Source: a delta proteobacterium MLS_D (GTDB lineage Bacteria > Desulfobacterota > Syntrophia > Syntrophales > UBA2210). Taken from it: a stretch of DNA of 64,000 bases. The notes beneath the pieces were generated by a model, which was given only the letters and a program-made list of their open reading frames with translations, was not told where the DNA came from and made no database searches. Made by a program: the position numbers and the translations under genes. Positions 19,379 to 29,573 of the stretch are shown here, piece by piece (within the stretch, counting starts at the first letter, position 1; every line of letters starts with the position of its first letter). The stretch spans positions 20,396-84,395 of the forward strand of contig LQBH01000002.1 of NCBI GenBank assembly GCA_002030015.1, given 5' to 3'.

Positions 19379-21268
19379 ATGCAGGATTCTTTTTATGTGA
19401 CGACACCCATTTATTACGTTAACGCTTCCCCTCATATCGGGCACGCCTATACGACCATCGTGGCAGATGTCATGGCTCGTTTTTATCGCATGGCCGGCCG
19501 AAAAACCTTTTTCCTCACCGGCACGGACGAACACGGTGATAAAATAGCCGAAGCCGCACATGCCGCCGGCGTCACGCCCCATGAATACGCAGACCGGATA
19601 AGCGCTCAGTTCCGAAACTTATGGCCGGAACTGAACATAACGAATGATTATTTTATCCGCACCACTGATGAAAATCACCAGAACGTGGTCAGGTCGATTC
19701 TGCAGAAGGTCTACGATGCGGGCGACATTTACTTCGGCGAATACGAGGGATATTACTGTGTTGGGTGCGAACGGTTCTATCGGGAATCGGAACTTGTCGA
19801 CGGCTTGTGCCCGGATCACCGCATAGCGCCGGAGGTACGCAAGGAAAGCAATTATTTCTTCAAGATGAGCCGGTATCAGGAATGGCTGGTCCGGCACATA
19901 ACCGACAATCCCGATTTTATCAGGCCCGAACGGTACCGTAATGAAGCACTCGCCTTTCTGCGCGAACCTCTGGAAGATCTCTGCATATCCCGTCCCAAGT
20001 CACGCTTGACATGGGGTATTACGTTGCCCTTTGACGAAAACTATGTGACCTATGTCTGGTTCGACGCGCTCATAAACTATCTTACCGGCATCGGTTACCC
20101 CGCCGGCGAGTCTTACCGGACTTTTTGGCCTTCGACACAGCATCTTATCGCCAAGGATATTCTGAAGCCGCACGGCATATACTGGCCGACGATGCTGAAA
20201 GCGGCCGGAATCGAACCATACCGCCGTCTGAATGTGCACGGCTACTGGAACATCGAAACGGGGAAGATGTCCAAGAGCCTCGGGACGGTGGTAAACCCTC
20301 TCGACCTGAAAGACAAGTACGGTCTCGATCCGTTCCGCTATTACCTGATGCGCGACATGGTGTTCGGACTTGACGCGAACTTCAGTGAAGAAGGGCTTGT
20401 GGCGCGTCTCAACGCGGATCTGGCTAACGATCTGGGAAATCTGGTAAGCCGGAGCCTTGCGATGGCTGTTAAATATTGCGGGGGCAAGGTTCCCGAACGC
20501 GGGACGGTTGATGAAGCGGACCGTGATCTTATTCAGCGTGGTGAATCTCTGGCGGAGGTGCTGGAGTCATCCTTCGAAGCACTCCAGTTCCACCGGGCCC
20601 TTGCAGCCGTGTGGGAACTTGTCAACGCCGCCAACAAGTACATCGTGGAAATGCAGCCATGGCTCCTGGCCCGGGACGAATCATCGGCCGAACGCCTGAA
20701 ATCGGTCATGTATAATGTTCTTGAGACACTTCGTTTCGTCGCTGTCGCCATTTCTCCCTTTATGCCTGATTCAGCGGCTGAAATTCTGCGTCGCCTGGGC
20801 GTGAACGGATCGCCGTTCCTCGCCGAACTCAGGAAATGGGGCGGCCTGGCGCCCGGCAACCCGCTTGACAAGGGAGATGCCCTCTTCCCCCGTCGCGTTG
20901 TCGAAGAGAAGGAAGAAACAACGCCGGTCGGCCTGGCGAATGTCAAGAACTTCGTTGACCTGGAGGCTTTTGAACAACTCGACATCAGGGCGGCCCGGAT
21001 AATTGAGGCCAGGCCGGTGCCGAAATCGTCCAAGCTCGTGGAATTAAAAATCGATGTGGGAGAAGAGCGGACCATCGTGGCCGGTATCGGGAGGGATTAC
21101 CGGCCGGACGACCTCGCGGGGAAACAGATCGCCGTTATCGTTAACATGAAACCAACGAAGATAATGGGTGTCGAGTCAAGAGGAATGCTGCTGGCGGCCG
21201 AAAGCGGGGGGAAGGTTGTGCTGCTCGGTTTTGACGATACCGTAAAATCCGGGTCTCCCGTCAGATAA
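19379..21268 (+). CDS. metG: methionine--tRNA ligase with C-terminal tRNA-binding domain
   Basis: HIGH motif (PHIGHAYT), KMSKS, a zinc knuckle (CVGCERF...CPDH), and a C-terminal EMAP-like OB domain (KLVELKIDVGEE.RTIVAGI). Confidence 0.95.
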   Translation: MQDSFYVTTPIYYVNASPHIGHAYTTIVADVMARFYRMAGRKTFFLTGTDEHGDKIAEAAHAAGVTPHEYADRISAQFRNLWPELNITNDYFIRTTDENHQNVVRSILQKVYDAGDIYFGEYEGYYCVGCERFYRESELVDGLCPDHRIAPEVRKESNYFFKMSRYQEWLVRHITDNPDFIRPERYRNEALAFLREPLEDLCISRPKSRLTWGITLPFDENYVTYVWFDALINYLTGIGYPAGESYRTFWPSTQHLIAKDILKPHGIYWPTMLKAAGIEPYRRLNVHGYWNIETGKMSKSLGTVVNPLDLKDKYGLDPFRYYLMRDMVFGLDANFSEEGLVARLNADLANDLGNLVSRSLAMAVKYCGGKVPERGTVDEADRDLIQRGESLAEVLESSFEALQFHRALAAVWELVNAANKYIVEMQPWLLARDESSAERLKSVMYNVLETLRFVAVAISPFMPDSAAEILRRLGVNGSPFLAELRKWGGLAPGNPLDKGDALFPRRVVEEKEETTPVGLANVKNFVDLEAFEQLDIRAARIIEARPVPKSSKLVELKIDVGEERTIVAGIGRDYRPDDLAGKQIAVIVNMKPTKIMGVESRGMLLAAESGGKVVLLGFDDTVKSGSPVR

Positions 21269-21283
21269 TATCGAGCGTGGATT

Positions 21284-21327
21284 AAAAAAGCGGCCGAGGA
21301 GGAAGTTTCTCCGGCGGCCGCTTTTTT
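21284..21327. terminator. bidirectional intrinsic terminator between convergent metG and gap
   Basis: AAAAAA-GCGGCCG...CGGCCGC-TTTTTT: a GC stem flanked by an A-run and a T-run. Confidence 0.55.
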
Positions 21328-21357
21328 CACGTTTACGGAATTGTCATGTCGTACATG

Positions 21358-22515
<1,158 letters not shown>

Positions 22516-22523
22516 TCACCAGG

Positions 22524-23918
22524 TTATGAAACGAGTGATTCGGGCGCCGACAAGGGTACATCAACGGGTTTTACGATTTGATGTACCGTTTCTTTTGTGC
22601 CGCTGATCTCCAGTTTTCCAAAGAGCAGTTTAAAACGATCCTGGAGCTCGGCCCCGATGGCCTCCAGAACCGGGGTGTCAAGATACCAGAACTCCTTCTT
22701 GAACCGGCCGAACCCCTTTTTGCGGGTTTTATAAATAAACTGTTCTTCCGTATCGTTTTCCTTCTTTTCTCCCTTGAGTTCGGCACGGATATAGTCGTAT
22801 ATCCTGCTTTTCAGGGATTCAGGGAAATGGGGACTATCGTAAATGATATTCTGGAATCCCGTTGCCAGGTGAATTTCGGCGGTACGCGTTGCGGGGAACC
22901 TGTCGAACGCCTCTTCAGGCAGGGTCGAAGCGCCGTGCTGAACAGCGCCGGCGAGACCGTACTTCGACCGGGCTATTCGGGAAATGGATTCCAGCGTGTC
23001 GAAATCGATTTTGACGCTCGCGATCGATCCGTCGGGAAGAGGAACTCCGCCGTGGGTTGTGCCGGTCTGAATGCTGATTTTGCTGATGCCCGTTACAGGC
23101 CCCGCGTCTTTCCCGAGCTCTTCCAGGTACCCTTCCATAAATATTTCAAATTCCTCGACCGTGGTGTTCTTGGTTCCCACCTCACCGATCTCGCCGCCCA
23201 CGGTTATGGTGACGTCCGGGGGTTCGAGGTTCCTGATCAGTTTTGTCATATCCGCCGTTATAGCGAAATTATCTCTCTGCTGCTCCTTGATTGATCCCTT
23301 CGACAAATCGACCAGCGTAGATGCATCTATGTCGATGTTGTAAAATCCGCCCGGTATCGCTTCCTGTATAAGCTGTTTCACGGCTTCCAGCTCGGCGGAG
23401 GGATCGTTTCGATACTTTTTCGCGTTAATCTGGAAATGGTCGCCCTGTATGAAGAGAGGTCCGCTGTATCCCGTTTTGATGGCGGCCGCCGTCACCGCCG
23501 CCGTGTACTCGGCCGGTCTCTGGTCGGTGTACCCGATCTCGGAGCGGGCGATTTCAAAAAGAATCGCCGCTGCGTCCATGGCGAGGGCGGCTCTGAAAAC
23601 CGCCTGGGCGCTGTGAAAGGTAATGCCCCTGAGGTTGATCGCCGGTACGGTGAACCCGGAAACGGTTTCCTTTCCCATGGCTTCGTAAAGCGGCTGTATG
23701 GATGCGGGAATGATTCCCAGAGCAGCTCCGGCCCTCCGTATAATCCACGTCGCCGCTTCTCTCACCTTTTCGTCGGTGCTGAGCGCCATGGAGTAAGCGA
23801 GACCATCCACCAGTTCTTCTCTCAACCGGGATTCATCCAGTACGGCCACCCGGGTGCCCTCAATACTCACTATTCCTTCTATGCTTTTGCGCAAATCGTC
23901 AATTGTTGAAAATATCAT
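22524..23918 (-). CDS. fba: class II fructose-bisphosphate aldolase (long, 464 aa)
   Basis: The metal and catalytic motifs are colinear with class II aldolases: FIQGDHF, NIDIDAS, GGEIGEVG, QTGTTHGG, AVQHGAST, EIHLATGFQ. Confidence 0.82.
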   Translation of the reverse strand: MIFSTIDDLRKSIEGIVSIEGTRVAVLDESRLREELVDGLAYSMALSTDEKVREAATWIIRRAGAALGIIPASIQPLYEAMGKETVSGFTVPAINLRGITFHSAQAVFRAALAMDAAAILFEIARSEIGYTDQRPAEYTAAVTAAAIKTGYSGPLFIQGDHFQINAKKYRNDPSAELEAVKQLIQEAIPGGFYNIDIDASTLVDLSKGSIKEQQRDNFAITADMTKLIRNLEPPDVTITVGGEIGEVGTKNTTVEEFEIFMEGYLEELGKDAGPVTGISKISIQTGTTHGGVPLPDGSIASVKIDFDTLESISRIARSKYGLAGAVQHGASTLPEEAFDRFPATRTAEIHLATGFQNIIYDSPHFPESLKSRIYDYIRAELKGEKKENDTEEQFIYKTRKKGFGRFKKEFWYLDTPVLEAIGAELQDRFKLLFGKLEISGTKETVHQIVKPVDVPLSAPESLVS

Positions 23919-23929
23919 GAATTCCTCCT

Positions 23930-24889
23930 TTATTGCTCGGTCCCGAAGGCCAGAAATTCCCGGGCCTTTTCAATTTCAAAACGACTTCCGATGTAGACGG
24001 GATTTCGCTGATCGAGACTCTCCGCCGGAATATCAAGGATATCCCGTAATCCGTCCGTCGCCTTCCCCCCGGCCTGCTCAATCAAAAATGCCATGGGTTG
24101 CAATTCGAAATTGAGCCGCAGTTTCCCCCGGGGATTGTTCTTCAGCGCCGGATAGGTAAAAACACCGCCCCGTTTGATCAATACCTGGTTGATATCGGGA
24201 ACGAACCCCCCACTGTAGCGGAGTTTATATCCTTCCTGCTCAAGGAATTCTATGTAGCGGGTGTGTGCTTCCGTCCAGTCCCTGCGAAGACCGCCGAGAC
24301 TGTAGATAGATCCCCGTTCTTTCAGCATGATGTTTTCTTCGGAGAGCACGTATTCGCCCTCGCGGTTCAGCACGAATTCATGTGTGCCTTTTCCCGCCGA
24401 ATAAACAAACGTTATGAGCGGGCCGTAAGTTATGTAAAGGGCCGCCACCATGGTATCTCTTCCTTTGGCCGGCACGTGGTTTCGGTGAATGCCGATGATT
24501 GTTCCTATGGCGAGATTCGTGTCTACCAGTGATGATCCGTCGAGCGGGTCCGCCGTAACGAAATACTTTTCATCGCCCCGGCCCACCTTGATTGTTTCCG
24601 CGAGTTCCTCCGAGGCGTATTCCCGCACGAATCCCGAATGTTCAAGCTGGATTCTTAAAATCGTATCGGAGCTGCGGTCAAGGGCAAGTTGTTCTTCGTT
24701 ATAAATGTTTTTCAGACCGGCGAGTTTCCTGTTGGATTCATGTATCTTTGCCGAAATATATTTGCCTATCACGGCGATTTGCCAGATGAGCCGCCTGAGA
24801 TCAACTTCGATTCCCGCCATCCACATGTGGCGACGAAGGTCGATGAAATGTTTTGTGGCATCGGAGATATTGTCTGCGGACATGATCAT
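23930..24889 (-). CDS. fbp: fructose-1,6-bisphosphatase class I
   Basis: DPLDGSS, GKLRL.FE..P.AFL.EQAGG.A.DG and YSGGFV.D motifs. Confidence 0.9.
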   Translation of the reverse strand: MIMSADNISDATKHFIDLRRHMWMAGIEVDLRRLIWQIAVIGKYISAKIHESNRKLAGLKNIYNEEQLALDRSSDTILRIQLEHSGFVREYASEELAETIKVGRGDEKYFVTADPLDGSSLVDTNLAIGTIIGIHRNHVPAKGRDTMVAALYITYGPLITFVYSAGKGTHEFVLNREGEYVLSEENIMLKERGSIYSLGGLRRDWTEAHTRYIEFLEQEGYKLRYSGGFVPDINQVLIKRGGVFTYPALKNNPRGKLRLNFELQPMAFLIEQAGGKATDGLRDILDIPAESLDQRNPVYIGSRFEIEKAREFLAFGTEQ

Positions 24890-25128
24890 TCACGCTCCTC
24901 TCTCCTCCTCCCGGGATCACACAACCGCCTCAACCCGGAAGTGGAAGCAAACTTTACAGGAGTTATCGAAAAGTGTCAAGGCGATACGGGAGGGAACGCC
25001 CGGTGCAGGCGGATTTCAAAGAATAACAGGGATGAGGATTTTGAAACCCTCGACCGCCCGCCTGCCGCTAAAAAAGCGGCGATCTTTCATTGCATGCCGC
25101 GTCCGTGCCGTCGGAGCCTGATATTTCT

Positions 25129-25158
25129 TTGACATAATGTCTTTTGTTGTCCTATAAG
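25129..25158 (+). promoter_or_regulatory. sigma-70-like promoter upstream of the type II GAPDH-like gene
   Basis: TTGACA (25129-25134), then 17-18 nt, then CTATAAG (25152-25158). Confidence 0.4.
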
Positions 25159-25198
25159 TTCCCTGCCGGACCAAAATATGTCGATTGGAGTGCTTGCC

Positions 25199-26287
25199 AT
25201 GAAAAAAAGAGTTTTCGTAGTAGGAAGCGGCAGTATTGGTACGGGTGTCATCAGGATGCTGCTTGAAATAAAAGACAAATATGACTTGGATATATTTTTT
25301 ACGAAGAAGAATCCGATTCCTGATTGCGCCCCCCATGTGAACGCCCTCGTTAACAAGGGCGCCTGTTTTACGCCTTATCAGGAGAGCAGGGAAAAGTTCA
25401 GAGACTTGGGCATCGACACCACTGATACACTCGAGGAATTATTGCCGAACGTACATGTCATAATCGATTGTACCGAGAAGGGCGTCGGTTTGGTAATGAA
25501 GCGTAACTTTTATGAGAAATTGCCTAAAAGTATAGGTATTCTCGGCCAGGGAAGCGAGGATGGCTTCGGCGTTCCCTACGTGTATTATCTTGCAGATGAT
25601 TACCTCACGTTAAAAAGACGGGAAGGGCAGAATTTCGTCCAGGTAAAGAGCTGCAACACGACGGCGATCAGCGCGCTCATCTACTCGCTGTGTCTGAAGA
25701 ATAATCTGGCTGATCCCGGGGATTTCTTAAACGGCCGCATAAGTCTTCTGAGAAGGGACGCCGATGTGGGCCAGAAAAAAGGCGCCATACGGGCCCCGAA
25801 AATCAGCAAGCAGAACCCGGAAGATCAACCTTTCGGAACCCACCAGGCGAAAGATGCGTATAATCTCTTTAAGGAAGTCATGTCGATTGAACTGGATATA
25901 CGGTCAAAAGCCCTGAAGCTCAATTCACCATTCATGCACGTGGTGGATTTCAATTTTACCTTTGCCAGCAGGGTCGTTTATGAGGACATTCTCTATCATC
26001 TTGGCGTGTATCCTCTGGTTGCACTGACAGACAAAGAATCGACCGACGAGATTTTCGGCTTTGGTCGTGACAACGGTTTTATCGGCCACCTGTTCAACCA
26101 GGTGATTGTACCGTCCGTAGGTATCGAGGTTTACGGAAACGAGTTGAGCGGCTGGGCGTTTACGCCGCAGGATGGAAACTCGATTCTTTCATCCGTCGCG
26201 GCGGCCCTGAGTTTTATTTATCCTGACAACTATCTCGAAATAATGAAACATTTCCTGAGGCCGCCTTACATATTCACGACGGTTTGA
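25199..26287 (+). CDS. archaeal-type (type II) glyceraldehyde-3-phosphate dehydrogenase homologue
   Basis: Rossmann N-terminus VFVVGSGSIGTG. VIIDCTEKGVG, ILGQGSE, active-site-like VKSCNTTAISAL, LRRDAD and PFMHV are colinear with archaeal GAPDH as I recall it (IVIDCTPEGIG, FQGGE, VSCNTTGL, VRRGADP, TLMHQH). GGAG lies 8 nt before the ATG at 25199; the ORF track starts at 25178. Confidence 0.65.
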   Translation: MKKRVFVVGSGSIGTGVIRMLLEIKDKYDLDIFFTKKNPIPDCAPHVNALVNKGACFTPYQESREKFRDLGIDTTDTLEELLPNVHVIIDCTEKGVGLVMKRNFYEKLPKSIGILGQGSEDGFGVPYVYYLADDYLTLKRREGQNFVQVKSCNTTAISALIYSLCLKNNLADPGDFLNGRISLLRRDADVGQKKGAIRAPKISKQNPEDQPFGTHQAKDAYNLFKEVMSIELDIRSKALKLNSPFMHVVDFNFTFASRVVYEDILYHLGVYPLVALTDKESTDEIFGFGRDNGFIGHLFNQVIVPSVGIEVYGNELSGWAFTPQDGNSILSSVAAALSFIYPDNYLEIMKHFLRPPYIFTTV

Positions 26288-26350
26288 TCGTCGCTCGGTG
26301 CTGATGCCCCGCTTAACGGGGGGGCAGGTGAGAGATCTCAAACGAATGAC

Positions 26351-26378
26351 GGGAACAGGGCCGAGAGGCCCTGTTCCC
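26351..26378. terminator. perfect 12-bp hairpin between the GAPDH-like gene and tRNA-Leu
   Basis: GGGAACAGGGCC-GAGA-GGCCCTGTTCCC. There is no strong U-tract on either strand. Confidence 0.4.
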
Positions 26379-26407
26379 GTCTTCACTGCAGGTATATAGG
26401 ACAAAAA

Positions 26408-26494
26408 TGGTGCCGAAGCCGGGACTTGAACCCGGACGGGCGTAACCCACTACCCCCTCAAGATAGCGTGTCTACCATATTCCACCACTTCGGC
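26408..26494 (-). tRNA. tRNA-Leu(GAG)
   Basis: 87-nt cloverleaf with a long variable arm. Acceptor GCCGAAG/CTTCGGC-A-CCA, anticodon stem CTATC/GGTAG with loop TTGAGGG, T-loop GGTTCAAGTCC. Confidence 0.9.
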
Positions 26495-26553
26495 GTGCCG
26501 GGAAACCTAAAGTCTTTCCCTTTTTTTGTCAATATAAAAAATCTTCCTTATCA

Positions 26554-26922
26554 TCAGTCGGCCGTTGAGGCGGGCATTTTTTCAGACTGTTCGGCGCCGT
26601 CGTCCGGAAGGGCGGCGGGCGGTGCGTTTTCGCCGACGTCGATGCTTCGTTCAGCCGCCGGAGGGGAGCTCGTCCCCCGCATAACTGATTCATTTTTATG
26701 GACCGCGAAATATGCGAGCCACAGAGATGTCAGCATAAAAACAACCGCCACCACCGTGGTCGCCTTGCCCAGAAATGTTCCTGGTCCGCTGCTGCCGAAA
26801 ATCGTCTGGCTTGAACCGCCGAAGGCGGCGCCCATGTTGGCGCCTTTCCCCGATTGCAACAGCACGATGAGAATCATGGCAAGACAGATAAACACATGCA
26901 GCAAAACGATAAGTGTATGCAA
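26554..26922 (-). CDS. secG: preprotein translocase subunit SecG
   Basis: LIVLLQSGKGANMGAAFGGSSQTIFG is the typical SecG core. It has an extended C-terminal tail. tpiA-secG synteny. Confidence 0.87.
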   Translation of the reverse strand: MHTLIVLLHVFICLAMILIVLLQSGKGANMGAAFGGSSQTIFGSSGPGTFLGKATTVVAVVFMLTSLWLAYFAVHKNESVMRGTSSPPAAERSIDVGENAPPAALPDDGAEQSEKMPASTAD

Positions 26923-26926
26923 AGCT

Positions 26927-27703
26927 TCACTCCCCTTCCGGTAGGGCGCTCGCGCGAAACCGGATGATGTTTAAAAATGACTCGAGCTTGAGGCTGGCTC
27001 CTCCCACGAGCACACCGTCGATATTATCCTGATTCATCAGGGACTCGATGGTCTGTTCGTTGACACTTCCTCCGTATATAACGGGAACGGTCGGTGATCC
27101 GTCCCGGTCCGACATCTCCTGCACCGTTTCTTTGATAAACCGGTGAACTTCCTGTGCCTGTTCCGGTGTGGCCGTCCTCCCGGTCCCGATGGCCCAGACA
27201 GGTTCATAGGCGATAATCAGGGAGTCTATATCACCGGCTGAAATATTTATCAATCCTTCCGTGATCTGTCGTCTGATCACCGGAATGGTTTCATCCGCTT
27301 CCCGCTCCTGCAGTGTTTCCCCTACGCAGAAAATCGGTTTGAGCCCTTCTTTGAAGGCAAGAACGATTTTTTTGCTGAGCTGTTCGTCGGTTTCACCGAA
27401 AAGGTGGCGCCGCTCCGAATGGCCGATAATAGTATAGGTGCAACCGGCGTCGGCAATCATGCCTGCCGACACCTCGCCGGTGAAGGCACCCGACTCCGCG
27501 TAAGACAAGTTTTGGGCGGCAAGGCCGATCGACGAGCCCCGCGCGGCGTCCGCAGCCGGTCGAAGGGCCGTGAAGGGGGGCGCCACGATAACGCGCCTGC
27601 CACTGAAGGTTGCTTCTTCCTTTTTCAGGTCCTTAATAAAATCAACCGCCTCGGATACGGTTTTGTGCATTTTCCAGTTTGCCGCTATGATCGGCGTGTG
27701 CAT
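26927..27703 (-). CDS. tpiA: triosephosphate isomerase
   Basis: ANWKMH, IGHSERR, YEPVWAIGTG and GGASL motifs. Confidence 0.95.
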   Translation of the reverse strand: MHTPIIAANWKMHKTVSEAVDFIKDLKKEEATFSGRRVIVAPPFTALRPAADAARGSSIGLAAQNLSYAESGAFTGEVSAGMIADAGCTYTIIGHSERRHLFGETDEQLSKKIVLAFKEGLKPIFCVGETLQEREADETIPVIRRQITEGLINISAGDIDSLIIAYEPVWAIGTGRTATPEQAQEVHRFIKETVQEMSDRDGSPTVPVIYGGSVNEQTIESLMNQDNIDGVLVGGASLKLESFLNIIRFRASALPEGE

Positions 27704-27896
27704 GATGTCCCTCCTTTTCGTTCATTTTCCGACCGCTAAACGTCGGGCTGCGTTTTCTCCGGAAGCCCGGACCGGTTTGTTGCCCGGAAATGCTTTCTTC
27801 ACGCACCGTCATCTACTACCGCTGACGATGGTGTTAGTCAACAGCATTTTCCTGATTTTTCGATTCGGTACACGCTGTTCCGTTTATACGGTGATC

Positions 27897-27923
27897 TTGA
27901 CAAAAACCATAATTATTTATAAT
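27897..27923 (+). promoter_or_regulatory. candidate promoter for the Memo/AMMECR1 gene
   Basis: Perfect TTGACA (27897-27902) and perfect TATAAT (27918-27923), but with a short 15-nt spacer. The alternative is TAATAG at a 17-nt spacer. Confidence 0.3.
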
Positions 27924-28012
27924 AGTAACACTCGAAGATAACAGGGATGTGTTCTTCTTAACCGGACATCGACGCCCGTCCAAAGGAAGTGGAGCATGTG
28001 GGGGATCGGCTT

Positions 28013-29446
28013 ATGAAAGACACCATTCGAAAGGCGCTTCTCGCGGGGACCTGGTATCACGCGTCACCCGGCGAACTGAAACGACAGATCGAAACCTTCG
28101 CGGCGGAAGCCCCGTCTTTCGAAGAAGAATATAAAAAGACACTGCTTGCCGTCGTGACCCCTCACGCTGGAATCGATTATTCGGGGCGCGTCGCGGCATG
28201 TGCCTGGAAGGCCGCCGCGGGAAGATCGTACGACACGGTGATCGTCATCGGTCCCAGCCACCGCGCGCGTTTCAAGGGCGCGGCCGTATACGGTGGATCA
28301 GGGTATGAATCGCCGCTGGGCATAGTGCCCGTTGATCAGGAACTGGCCGCTCGACTGGTCGAGTCCGGTCAAGGAGTAGTAATCGAGGGTGACGACGGAA
28401 GAATCCCGGAAAACGCCATAGAGCTCCAGGTGCCGTTTATACAGGTGATGTTGCCCGGAGTGCCTTTTGTGCCCGTAACAATGGGGACACAGGACAGGAA
28501 AACCTGTGACGGCCTCGCGGCGGCGATTATAGATTCTATCGGCGATCGGCGGGTACTGATCGCGGCAAGCTCAGATCTCTCACACTATCTCGGTTACGAG
28601 GAAGCGGTGAAAACTGATTCTGATACGCTGGCTTACCTGAAGCGAAGAGACATCGAAGGATTTTACCTGTCCGTCGAGAGGGGCCTGTCCCAGGCATGCG
28701 GGTCGGGCGCAATGGCCGTGGCCATGACCGTGGCCCAGGCACGGGGGTGCGACGAGACGCGGGTATTGAGTTACGCCAATTCGGGAGACGTTACGGGGGA
28801 TAAGTCCGGAGTGGTCGGGTACGCCGCCGTCGCCTTCTTTAGAAACGATGAATCCGGTGATGAACGCCGTCATGACGGATCGACGGAGGAGGGCATGCCG
28901 GAACTGACGGATCGCGAAAAACGCGATCTCTTAGGCATCGCACGGGCACGTATAGAGGAGAACCTCACGGAAAAACGGACCGGAGATACCATTACGCCGA
29001 CTGCCCTCATGAAGCAGCCGAGAGGCGCCTTCGTAACGCTGAAAAAGCGTGGTATGTTGCGGGGATGCATCGGCATGATCGAACCGTCCAAGCCGCTCCA
29101 TAAGACCGTGGCAGATATGGCGCGGGCCGCCGCGTTCGACGATCCCCGGTTTCCTCCCCTGGCTCCGTCGGAACTGGATGAAATAACGTTCGAAATTTCT
29201 GTCCTTACGCCCCTGCGGGAGATCAGGGACGTGGAAGAGGTCGAAGTGGGACGGCACGGTCTCTATATTGTGAAAGGGGGCCGGGCGGGCCTGCTGCTGC
29301 CGCAGGTCGCCCTGGAACAACACTGGGACCGAACCACCTTTCTGGAAGAAACCTGCCGTAAGGCCGGCCTGTCAGGAAAGGCATGGAAGGATCGTGATAC
29401 GGTGATTTATGTCTTTTCAGCAGAGGTATTTGGAGAATATTATTAA
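28013..29446 (+). CDS. Memo-like (AmmeMemoRadiSam protein B) fused to AMMECR1 (protein A) domain
   Basis: The N-terminal half has AGTWY...L..QI, TPHAGIDYSG and SSDLSHY (Memo/DUF52). The C-terminal half has PRGAFVTLKKRGMLRGCIGMIEP and AAFDDPRFPPL (AMMECR1). An alternative GTG start is at 27989. Confidence 0.85.
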   Translation: MKDTIRKALLAGTWYHASPGELKRQIETFAAEAPSFEEEYKKTLLAVVTPHAGIDYSGRVAACAWKAAAGRSYDTVIVIGPSHRARFKGAAVYGGSGYESPLGIVPVDQELAARLVESGQGVVIEGDDGRIPENAIELQVPFIQVMLPGVPFVPVTMGTQDRKTCDGLAAAIIDSIGDRRVLIAASSDLSHYLGYEEAVKTDSDTLAYLKRRDIEGFYLSVERGLSQACGSGAMAVAMTVAQARGCDETRVLSYANSGDVTGDKSGVVGYAAVAFFRNDESGDERRHDGSTEEGMPELTDREKRDLLGIARARIEENLTEKRTGDTITPTALMKQPRGAFVTLKKRGMLRGCIGMIEPSKPLHKTVADMARAAAFDDPRFPPLAPSELDEITFEISVLTPLREIRDVEEVEVGRHGLYIVKGGRAGLLLPQVALEQHWDRTTFLEETCRKAGLSGKAWKDRDTVIYVFSAEVFGEYY

Positions 29447-29470
29447 ACCTTCCCTTTTAAAAGAAAAGGC

Positions 29471-29499
29471 TTGACAAACCACACAAGAAAAATTAGATT
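29471..29499 (+). promoter_or_regulatory. sigma-70-like promoter upstream of the tRNA cluster
   Basis: TTGACA (29471-29476), 17 nt, TAGATT (29494-29499). Confidence 0.4.
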
Positions 29500-29573
29500 C
29501 CCGTTTTGCTTTGGTCGGATGGAGGCCATGGTGCGCCTGAGGCGCCTTATTTTTTATTTTTGGTGTTTTGAAC

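Noticed and set aside
26426-26944. A 172-aa + strand ORF.
   Set aside because: It overlaps tRNA-Leu and is antisense to the clearly recognisable secG.
27570-27941. A 123-aa + strand ORF spanning the tpiA upstream region.
   Set aside because: It starts antisense inside tpiA and runs through the candidate promoter of the next gene. It has no RBS and its sequence is hydrophobic and low-complexity.
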